A stretch of DNA of 64,000 bases. Origin: Bacteroidales bacterium (lineage in GTDB: Bacteria > Bacteroidota > Bacteroidia > Bacteroidales > GCA-2748055). The translations under genes and the position numbers were made by a program. The stretch lies in assembly GCA_030673645.1 (NCBI GenBank), contig DAOVIO010000001.1:35507-99506 (forward strand), in the 5' to 3' direction. This document shows, one piece after another, positions 19,703-28,154 of the stretch (position 1 is its first letter; every line of letters begins with the position of its first letter). The notes under the pieces are model-generated. The model was not told the origin of the DNA. It saw nothing but the letters and a program-made list of their open reading frames with translations, and ran no database searches.

Positions 19703-21214
19703 ATGAATAGTATTTTAAAGACTCTAGGCTATACCGCCCTGATTTCTATCGAAACAGCCATTGTTCCGAAAATAAATGCTCAGGAAAAACCAAATATTCT
19801 AATGTTTTGTGTTGATGATATGAATGATTGGGTAGGCTTCCTCGGTGGGCATCCCCAGACAATAACACCCAATATGGATAGGCTGGCATCCAAAGGAGTG
19901 AATTTTACCAATGCTCATTGTCCGGCTCCAGGTTGTTCTCCCAGCCGGAACTCACTTATATTTGGGATTGAGCCACACAATTCGGGCCTGTATCCCTTTT
20001 ATAATATCAATAATATCGAAGCCGGGGTAATAGACAGCTACTATCCCCTGCCATTGCTATTTAGAAATAACGGATACTATACCAAAGGAATTACAAAGGT
20101 TTGGCATAATCCGGATAACGCATATTTGCAAGACAGTACCTGGGATGAGTACAGTTCACATGGAGATAGTAACATTCAACTTATTAAGGAAGAGGGGTAT
20201 TATCCTGATCCCTACGTAAAACGATTGGTTGCCTGTCCGGGCAGCAATCCCCTGGAGGATTTCATGGATTACAAAAATGCTATGCAGGCAGTCGATTTTT
20301 TGGATAAATCACATGAGGATCCTTTCTTCCTGGCAATCGGATTTATACGTCCTCATACACCCTTTATTGTACCCAAAGAAAATTATGACCGCTTCCAGGT
20401 ACCCATTCAGGAACCGCCTATTAAGGCAGATGACCTGGTAGATATTCCTATTGCCGGACAAAGCAATGCACAAATCTATGTCGAGATACCCATGAGAAGA
20501 GACGGGGCCTGGGAAAAACTACGAAGAGGTTACCTGGCTAGCATTAACTTTATCGATGACAATGTAGGACGGGTTATGGATGCTCTGGATAAAAGTCCGT
20601 ATGCTGATAATACAATTATTGTATTGTGGTCAGATCATGGATTCCATCTGGGTGAAAAAAGAACCTATAGCAAGTTCTCTCTATGGAATGAGGCCACACG
20701 TACGCCTTTTATCATTTATGATCCAAGAGGGCAAAACGGCAACGGGCTGCAATGCGATGAATCGGTTGGGTTAATAAATATTTATAGAACCCTTTGCGAT
20801 ATGACCGGAATAGAGGTCCCTGAATATGTGGATGGCATAAGTCTGACTCCCTGGTTAGACAATCCTAAATTAGAAATGGAAAAACCAGCCATGACCACCT
20901 GGGGGCGGGGAAATTATACCCTACGTTCCAAAGAATGGCGTTATACCCGGTATTTCGATGGTTCAGAAGAGCTCTATTCCGAGACCTGTGATCCGAATGA
21001 GTGGGTCAATCTGGCAAATAATGAAAGGTTTGATTCAATCAAGGATGAATTCTCGAAATGGCTTCCTAAAACCGAAGCTCCGCAGGTATCTTCTGGTTTA
21101 GAGCTTTATAATGTGGCAGATGCTGACAGCCCGATCCTAAATATTAATTCCTTTCTGAACAATGTAAGCAAGTATAATGCTGAAGGTTTGCAACCACCCT
21201 TGTATATAAAATAA
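19703..21214 (+). CDS. S1 sulfatase (Cys-type)
   Basis: Has a signal peptide, 'ILMFCVDDMNDW', 'CSPSRNSLIFG', 'IRPHTPF' and 'WSDHGFHLGEK'. Confidence 0.9.
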   Translation: MNSILKTLGYTALISIETAIVPKINAQEKPNILMFCVDDMNDWVGFLGGHPQTITPNMDRLASKGVNFTNAHCPAPGCSPSRNSLIFGIEPHNSGLYPFYNINNIEAGVIDSYYPLPLLFRNNGYYTKGITKVWHNPDNAYLQDSTWDEYSSHGDSNIQLIKEEGYYPDPYVKRLVACPGSNPLEDFMDYKNAMQAVDFLDKSHEDPFFLAIGFIRPHTPFIVPKENYDRFQVPIQEPPIKADDLVDIPIAGQSNAQIYVEIPMRRDGAWEKLRRGYLASINFIDDNVGRVMDALDKSPYADNTIIVLWSDHGFHLGEKRTYSKFSLWNEATRTPFIIYDPRGQNGNGLQCDESVGLINIYRTLCDMTGIEVPEYVDGISLTPWLDNPKLEMEKPAMTTWGRGNYTLRSKEWRYTRYFDGSEELYSETCDPNEWVNLANNERFDSIKDEFSKWLPKTEAPQVSSGLELYNVADADSPILNINSFLNNVSKYNAEGLQPPLYIK

Positions 21215-21453
21215 ATATTACTTAGTTTAGGGCCTCCAATCCCAGAGCCTAACTCATTAATGGCAAGAATATGTAAAGCTAAATGAAAGAACTTCTATAA
21301 TTTTAACTAACAGGAAAATTGGATTCTGTTCTTTTTGTGAAGGATATTGAGGGAAGATTGGGTGTATATGACCCATTATATGAAAAGCATTGGCTGGCTA
21401 ATTGGTGAATTCAATGATAAAAAAAGCATCTGATACAGATAAATTTTTAATAT

Positions 21454-22908
21454 ATGAAAAAGTTCCTGTTAAAAGCAATCGCAGTCTCTTTTACAAGCAG
21501 TCTCTTTGCGCAAAACGATAAACCCAACGTATTGTTTATTGCCATCGATGATATGCGTCCGGAACTCAATTGTTACGGCGAATCTCAGATCATCAGTCCG
21601 AATATGGACCGCCTGGCAAACGAGGGGATAACATTTACACGAGCTTATTGCCAGCAAGCCCTTTGCGGGCCTTCACGTTTAAGTCTGATGACAGGTATGC
21701 ACCCCGATGGAATTGGAAATTACGGAATGAATAGTTCCAATAAAATAGAATGGCGTGATTACCGACCAGGTGTAACAAGTTTACCGGAACAATTCAGAAA
21801 CAATGGTTATTATGCTGAAGGTTTTGGAAAGATTTATGATAACCGATTAGGCATTGATGAAGGATATTCCTGGGATAAGTTTACACAAGGATGGAAGGGC
21901 GCATACAGTTCTCCACGGGCTCAGGAAATACTGGCCACAGCAGATTCTTTGATCGCCATAGGCGAGGAACCGGATATTATCCGGCCAGCAGTTGATTTTT
22001 GGGATACAACAGACGAAACTTATACCGACGGCAGCAATACAAAACTAGCTGTCGAATTCCTTCAAAACTACATCAAGGATGAACCTTTTTTCTTGGCAGT
22101 GGGTTTTTCAAAACCGCATCTTCCTTTTGTAGCACCAAAAAAATATTGGGATTTATATGATCGCAATAGCATAAAACTTCCACAATATGCCAATGTTGCC
22201 CCGGGCTTTACGGAATACACTTTGTCGCCATATAAAGAAATTGAGTCCTATATAAGCAGGTCCATTATTGATGAGGACAAAACCAAAGAACTTCGTCATG
22301 GTTATTACGCCTGTATAAGTTATGTAGATGCACAGATTGGTAAAATTCTGCAAGCCCTGGAGGATAAAGGCGAGCTCCAGAACACCATTATTGTTTTATG
22401 GGGTGATCATGGATTTAAGCTCGGTGATTTTGGTGAATGGGCAAAAGCTACCAACCTTGAAATAGATACACGGGTGCCTTTCATCATCCGCTTCCCGAAA
22501 AAAAGTATGGCAGGTACAAAGATAGCTACCCCGATAGAATTAACCGACATTATGCCTACACTGTGCGATTTTGCCAACATTGAAACCCCTTCAAATGCAG
22601 AGGGGAAAAGTCTTCTTCCATTACTTTGCGACCAAAACGCTGAATTAAGGCCCTTTGCATTAACCCAATATCCTAGAAATGGTATGGCATACTCAATTCG
22701 AACCCAAAAGTGGCGCTATACAGAATATGTCGATAAAAATACTTTCGAAACACGGGAACAGGAACTTTACCTGATACGTGATGAAATCCTAATGGAGGAA
22801 GAAAATGTTGAAGATCTGTACCCGGAAGAGGTAGCACGATTGTCGAAAATGCTGCATGATTATCTGGAAACAGCTCCAAGGTGGGATGGTCCGGCTATAC
22901 CCTATTAG
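21454..22908 (+). CDS. S1 sulfatase (Cys-type), iduronate-2-sulfatase-like; paralogue of 17972..19435
   Basis: Carries 'VLFIAIDDMRPELNCYG', 'CGPSRLSLMTGMHPDG', 'GFSKPHLPFVAPKKYWDLY' and 'WGDHGFKLGDFGEW'. Confidence 0.9.
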   Translation: MKKFLLKAIAVSFTSSLFAQNDKPNVLFIAIDDMRPELNCYGESQIISPNMDRLANEGITFTRAYCQQALCGPSRLSLMTGMHPDGIGNYGMNSSNKIEWRDYRPGVTSLPEQFRNNGYYAEGFGKIYDNRLGIDEGYSWDKFTQGWKGAYSSPRAQEILATADSLIAIGEEPDIIRPAVDFWDTTDETYTDGSNTKLAVEFLQNYIKDEPFFLAVGFSKPHLPFVAPKKYWDLYDRNSIKLPQYANVAPGFTEYTLSPYKEIESYISRSIIDEDKTKELRHGYYACISYVDAQIGKILQALEDKGELQNTIIVLWGDHGFKLGDFGEWAKATNLEIDTRVPFIIRFPKKSMAGTKIATPIELTDIMPTLCDFANIETPSNAEGKSLLPLLCDQNAELRPFALTQYPRNGMAYSIRTQKWRYTEYVDKNTFETREQELYLIRDEILMEEENVEDLYPEEVARLSKMLHDYLETAPRWDGPAIPY

Positions 22909-22952
22909 GATAAAACAAAACCAATTAATTTTCAGAAACAGTTTGACAACAA

Positions 22953-24392
22953 ATGAAAAAGGGATTATTGCTAATTGCACCTGTAATTTTAGGAATTGGC
23001 TGTAGTATTGCTGAAAATAAGGCAGAACAAAAACCTAACATTATTTATATTCTTGCCGATGATCTCGGATACGGGGATTTAAGCTGCTTAGGTCAGGAAA
23101 CATTATACACACCTAACATTGACAAACTGGCTAAGGAAGGGATGATCTTTACCCAGCATTATGCCGGATCTCCAGTTTGTGGTCCCTCAAGAGCAGTATT
23201 AATGACAGGCCAGCATACAGGACATGCTATCATCCGCGGAAATAAAGCATTTCAAGGTATTGGGGTAGCTCCCCTTGAACCACAGATAGTTACATTACCC
23301 GAAGCACTAAAGAATAACACGTCTTATACTACCGCAATGTGTGGAAGGTGGCACCTCGGGGGTGAGTTATCGGATCAGACACCTTACCATCGGGGATTCG
23401 ATTACCATTTTGGGAAGCTAAGTTCAGATTATGGCAATAGGTTTGGTGTTATGATTGATACCCTTTGGGATGAAACCGGCAATCATATCCCTTACCAAAG
23501 CTATTCGAAATTACAGGTAGAACCCATGTATGAAAACGGAAAGTTGTTTAATCTTTCTGAAGTCGAGATGGCTATGAGACCAATCAATATGGATGAGTTA
23601 GTCACCGACAAAGCGGTCCGCTATATAGAAACAGACAGGAAGTATCCCTTTTTTTTATACATAGCATATAGTCTGGTTCATGCTCCTATGGAGTACCATA
23701 AGAAATACCCGGTAAGCAATACAGATTGGCCGGAAGAGGAAAGGGCCTTTGCAAGCATGCTAACAGCTCTGGATGATTATGTGGGTAAAATACTGAAAGC
23801 TCTGGATGATGCCGGGCTCACAGACAATACCATTGTAATCTTTTCCAGTGATAATGGCGCACACAGCGAGCAACACGATTATCGCTTCTTTAATTCAAGT
23901 GGGAAGTTTAAAGAATACAAACGTTCATTTCATGAGGGCGGATTCCGGGAACCCTTGATCGTGCGATGGCCGGGTGTGGTTGATGCAGGAAGTCATTCCG
24001 ATCATATTTCAGCATTTTGGGATATTATGCCAACCTTATGCGATATTGCAGGAGCTCCTGTTCCTGAACAAAGCGATGGAATTTCATTTTTGCCAGGCAT
24101 TAAAGGTGAAAAACAAACAGAACACGAATACCTCTACTGGGAATTCAATGAAGATATTTACAAAAAGAAAGGGAATTACAAACAAGCAGTGCGCCTCGAT
24201 GATTGGAAAGGGATCTATTATATCAATGATGACATTTTTGAATTATACAATCTTAAGGAGGATATTTCAGAAGAGAATAACATTGCAGAGGAGTATCCTG
24301 ACATAGTTGAAAAGATTAGAGAAATAATGAAGGAAGCACATACTCCAAATGAACGTTTTCCATTGCTGAAGGAAGAAAGGGCTATGAACTAA
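22953..24392 (+). CDS. S1 sulfatase (Cys-type), arylsulfatase A/GALNS-like, lipoprotein
   Basis: Has the lipobox 'LGIGC', 'IIYILADDLGYGDLSC', 'CGPSRAVLMTGQH', 'GRWHLG' and 'FSSDNGA'. Confidence 0.9.
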   Translation: MKKGLLLIAPVILGIGCSIAENKAEQKPNIIYILADDLGYGDLSCLGQETLYTPNIDKLAKEGMIFTQHYAGSPVCGPSRAVLMTGQHTGHAIIRGNKAFQGIGVAPLEPQIVTLPEALKNNTSYTTAMCGRWHLGGELSDQTPYHRGFDYHFGKLSSDYGNRFGVMIDTLWDETGNHIPYQSYSKLQVEPMYENGKLFNLSEVEMAMRPINMDELVTDKAVRYIETDRKYPFFLYIAYSLVHAPMEYHKKYPVSNTDWPEEERAFASMLTALDDYVGKILKALDDAGLTDNTIVIFSSDNGAHSEQHDYRFFNSSGKFKEYKRSFHEGGFREPLIVRWPGVVDAGSHSDHISAFWDIMPTLCDIAGAPVPEQSDGISFLPGIKGEKQTEHEYLYWEFNEDIYKKKGNYKQAVRLDDWKGIYYINDDIFELYNLKEDISEENNIAEEYPDIVEKIREIMKEAHTPNERFPLLKEERAMN

Positions 24393-24614
24393 GCTCGCGA
24401 GCTCACGAAATAATTTAGGTATGGTAAGCAAAACAAATCAGAATTAATTTTATTGAAGATCAATCTGGCCATTAAAATATGCTACAAGCAGATGAATCTG
24501 AATAACAAAATAAGAAGCAATTCGATAAAAGCCCTTCAAGAATGCAGAGGGCAAATATGAGCTGCATTATGATCTTTTTAATTGTATAAAAATTAAGTTT
24601 TAAATCACTTCTTT

Positions 24615-26297
24615 ATGAAGACAAAACTGGCAACTGCCTTATTCCTTGGGGACCTATTATTATTGACAGCTTGTGGAACTCAACCGGAAGAAAAGGGGCA
24701 AAAACAACCAAATATCTTATTCATCCTAACTGATGATCAGTCCATGGATCAATTTAATTTCCTCCCGGAAGGAAAAAATGAAGACGGTACTTTTATGAAC
24801 CTGACTCCAACAATTGATACACTGGCCAGCCAGGGGGTGATTCTCGACGGACTTTATTGTCCGAGCCCCTTAAGCGTTCCGAGTCGGTTTAATTATCTAA
24901 CCGGAATGTATGCCTCCCGGGCAACCAATCAGTGGATGCAGGATTTACATCGCATCCATAAACATACCTTTATAGCTCAGGAACCGGAAATAACCCCCGA
25001 AACACCTACTCTTGCCAGACAATTAAAGGAATTGGGCTATGTTACAGGTTTTATTGGTAAAAACCATAGTGTGGAGCAAAGTGAATGGACAAAACTGCCG
25101 GTTGATGCCGATGTTACTACTGAAGAATCAAAACAATATTTGCAGGCTCAGCAAAAGCTGATAAAACAGGCCATTGAAAACGTTGGATTTGATTATGCAG
25201 ACAGAATCTACCATACCAATCCCTGGGCTCACGGACCAAAAGCTATTTCAGTTCATAATCTTGAGTGGCTGACAGAAGGAGCATTGGGCTTCATAGATAA
25301 AAATGCAGACAAACCCTTTTATCTTTATTTTGCCGTAACCATTCCTCATTCTCCAAAAAATGGATGGAAATCGGATCCAAAGGCCACACCCGCAGGGATT
25401 TTAGATTCTTCTCCAGAGATTGGAACTGACCGGAAGAGCATTCCGAAACGTCTGAAAGAAAAAAATCTCGAAATGTCAAGAGGGGATATGTTATGGCTGG
25501 ACGATAATATTGGAGCTTTGATTAAAAAACTGGAAGAGAAAGAAATTCTGGACAATACCATCATAGTTTATGTTAGCGATCACGGCGTGGAAAGCGGAAA
25601 AACCACTGCCTACCAAGGTGGTATGAAAACCAAAGGATTTATCTGGGCGAAAAATCTGGCCGGAGAGAAAGTCAATCATAGTCTCTGCAGTACAGTAGAT
25701 TTAGTGCCCACTTTAATGGATATGGCAGGTGGAAAGCTTGCTGATTATCCATACGACGGTGTGAGTCTTAAACCCATTTTAACCGGAGAGAAGGACGAGG
25801 TTCGCAATTCGGTTTATGGCGAAATGGGACATTCCAGGGCAGTGATAAAAGGAAAGTATAAGTATATAGCATTGCGCTATTCAGATTATACTTTAAATAT
25901 GTCAAAAAGCGAAAGAGAAGCCTGGATGGAAGCAATGGGAATATATATGAGAGCAATAGGCAGACCACCTTTCGATAACGATCTGAATGGACCCTTTGGT
26001 CATTCAGGACAAATACCCGGGGGATGGGACAATGAATGGAAAGCCATGAAAAAATACCCTGCCTATTTCGATGCGGATCAGCTTTATAATCTGGAAGAAG
26101 ATCCCAACGAACAAAATAACCTGGCAGCTATTCCTGAATACCTGGATATTATGAATGAGATGAAAGAGGAGCTTCAGATATATATCGATAAACTACCAGG
26201 TGGATTTGCTGAGTTTAAGGAGGATGAATTTGAGAGCTTTCCGCAGGATAGTATTCTGGAACGTGCAGCCCGATTAAGAAAAAGTGTCTTTCATTAA
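24615..26297 (+). CDS. S1 sulfatase with a Ser-type maturation motif (S-V-P-S-R), lipoprotein
   Basis: Has the lipobox 'LLTAC', 'ILFILTDDQS', 'SPLSVPSRFNYLTGMY' (codons agc gtt ccg agt cgg at 24873-24887), 'GKNH' and 'YVSDHG'. It ends 'KLPGGFAEF'. Confidence 0.8.
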   Translation: MKTKLATALFLGDLLLLTACGTQPEEKGQKQPNILFILTDDQSMDQFNFLPEGKNEDGTFMNLTPTIDTLASQGVILDGLYCPSPLSVPSRFNYLTGMYASRATNQWMQDLHRIHKHTFIAQEPEITPETPTLARQLKELGYVTGFIGKNHSVEQSEWTKLPVDADVTTEESKQYLQAQQKLIKQAIENVGFDYADRIYHTNPWAHGPKAISVHNLEWLTEGALGFIDKNADKPFYLYFAVTIPHSPKNGWKSDPKATPAGILDSSPEIGTDRKSIPKRLKEKNLEMSRGDMLWLDDNIGALIKKLEEKEILDNTIIVYVSDHGVESGKTTAYQGGMKTKGFIWAKNLAGEKVNHSLCSTVDLVPTLMDMAGGKLADYPYDGVSLKPILTGEKDEVRNSVYGEMGHSRAVIKGKYKYIALRYSDYTLNMSKSEREAWMEAMGIYMRAIGRPPFDNDLNGPFGHSGQIPGGWDNEWKAMKKYPAYFDADQLYNLEEDPNEQNNLAAIPEYLDIMNEMKEELQIYIDKLPGGFAEFKEDEFESFPQDSILERAARLRKSVFH

Positions 26298-26315
26298 TTC
26301 TAAAAACATAAAATT

Positions 26316-28082
26316 ATGGTCTATATCCTTTTTCTAATCCTGATATCCAGCCTTTTTGTGGCGGGATGTAAATCTTCAGAAGAAACAAAACAAATACCTA
26401 ATGTAATCATCATCCTGAGCGACGATCAGGGTTGGGGTGATCTAAGTATGAATGGTAATACAAACCTAAATACCCCAAACATTGATGGAATAGCCAGGGA
26501 CGGAGTAACTTTTAATAATTTTTATGTTTGTGCGGTCTGCTCGCCCACCAGGGCCGAATTATTGACAGGACGATACAATTTTCGAGGTGGAATATACAGT
26601 ACAGGAGGTGGTGGTGAACGTCTGGATATTGACGAAACTACTATAGCCGAAGTGTTCAAAGATGCCGGTTATCAAACGGCTGCCTATGGAAAATGGCACA
26701 ACGGCATGCAATATCCCTATCATCCAAACGCCAGGGGATTTGATGATTTCTATGGTTTCTGCTCTGGACATTGGGGAAATTACTTCTCACCAATGCTTGA
26801 GCATAATGGGAAAATTGTTAAGGGAAATGGATTTATAATCGACGACTTCACCGATCACGGACTTGCTTTTATGGAGAAAAACAAGGACAAAGCCTTTTTT
26901 CTCTACCTTCCTTTCAATACTCCCCATACCCCATTTCAGGCTCCTGCTAAAAATTGGGATAACTTCAAAGACAAGGAAATAAAACTGCTGGATTATACAG
27001 GTAAGGAAGATCTGGTGGAAACCCGGGCAGCTCTGGCGATGTGCCAGAACATTGATGAAAATGTGGGTCGTATTATTGCCAAAACAGAAGAACTAGGGAT
27101 AGATGGCAATACCATTGTGCTTTATTTTAGCGATAATGGTCCGGCCAGAAAAAGATGGAATGGAGGTATGTTGGATAGAAAAGGTAGCACTAATGAAGGA
27201 GGAGTGAGATCCCCTCTCGTTATGAAATGGCCTTCAGGAATTGAGGCGGGAATAAAAACTGACCGCCTGGTCTCGGTTACAGACTTGCTGCCAACCTTAA
27301 GCGATATGTGCAATATCCCTTTGCAAACCAACAAAGCTCTTGACGGGATAAGCGTGAAAAGCACAATCGTTGATGGTGAAACAGATTGGGCAGACCGCTT
27401 TGTATTGAATAACTGGAAGGAAAAAATAAGTATCAGATGTCAACAGTACAGGTTATCACAAGATGAGAAGCTTTATGATATCTCAACTGACAGGGGGCAG
27501 AAAAAAGATCTAAGCGCTGAGCTTCCTGAAATCAAAGCAGAAATGATGAAAGTTGCACAGGAATTCCTGAAACAAAAAGAAGAGGAGCTTCCGAAGGAGG
27601 ATGATCGTCCCTTTTACTTAGGGCATCCTGCTATGAAGTATACTCAGATACCGGCCCGGGATGGAACAGCTTATGGTAATGTCAAACGGTCCAACCAATG
27701 GCCGAATTGCTCCTTCTTCACAAATTGGATAAGCATAGAAGATAGCATCACATGGAAGGTAAATGTCCCAGAAGACGGGAAATTCAATCTTACACTATAT
27801 TACACATGTCCTGAAGGGGATCAGGGATCCACTATTCAATTATCAGTGGGTGGAAACAAATTACAAGCTAAAATCCTTGAAGCATATGATCCACCGCTTC
27901 GGGGAATGGATGAAGATTTGTCGCCACGAATAGAATCCTATGTAAAAGATTGGAAAGTTATTGAAATTGGTGCAATTAATTTGGAAAAAGGAGAGTCTGA
28001 TATGTGTATAAAAGCACTTGAGATGCCAGGAAGAAGTGTAATGGATTTTCGTTTACTTTTGTTTGAAAGAATTGATATCTAA
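26316..28082 (+). CDS. S1 sulfatase (Cys-type) with an extra ~150-aa C-terminal beta-sandwich (CBM-like) domain, lipoprotein
   Basis: Has the lipobox 'FVAGC', 'IIILSDDQGWGDLS', 'CSPTRAELLTGRY', 'GKWHNG' and 'YFSDNGP'. The C-terminal tail is 'ITWKVNVPEDGKFNLTLYYTCPEGDQGSTIQLSVGGNKL...MDFRLLLFERI'. Confidence 0.85.
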   Translation: MVYILFLILISSLFVAGCKSSEETKQIPNVIIILSDDQGWGDLSMNGNTNLNTPNIDGIARDGVTFNNFYVCAVCSPTRAELLTGRYNFRGGIYSTGGGGERLDIDETTIAEVFKDAGYQTAAYGKWHNGMQYPYHPNARGFDDFYGFCSGHWGNYFSPMLEHNGKIVKGNGFIIDDFTDHGLAFMEKNKDKAFFLYLPFNTPHTPFQAPAKNWDNFKDKEIKLLDYTGKEDLVETRAALAMCQNIDENVGRIIAKTEELGIDGNTIVLYFSDNGPARKRWNGGMLDRKGSTNEGGVRSPLVMKWPSGIEAGIKTDRLVSVTDLLPTLSDMCNIPLQTNKALDGISVKSTIVDGETDWADRFVLNNWKEKISIRCQQYRLSQDEKLYDISTDRGQKKDLSAELPEIKAEMMKVAQEFLKQKEEELPKEDDRPFYLGHPAMKYTQIPARDGTAYGNVKRSNQWPNCSFFTNWISIEDSITWKVNVPEDGKFNLTLYYTCPEGDQGSTIQLSVGGNKLQAKILEAYDPPLRGMDEDLSPRIESYVKDWKVIEIGAINLEKGESDMCIKALEMPGRSVMDFRLLLFERIDI

Positions 28083-28154
28083 AAGGGAAGTTGGCGATTA
28101 GATGGCTATGATATAATTTTGCGGGAAAAGATATCAGTATTAATAACAAGAAAA

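Noticed and set aside
24392-24403. Perfect 12-bp GC-rich palindrome 'agctcgcgagct' (contains NruI- and SacI-like sites) beginning inside the stop codon of sulfatase 22953-24392 (last stop-codon base = first palindrome base). Considered as a cloning scar, operator or terminator.
   Set aside because: It is too short and has no loop, so it is not a terminator. No T-run follows. A single 12-mer palindrome can arise by chance, and nothing else nearby looks engineered. I record it only as a curiosity.
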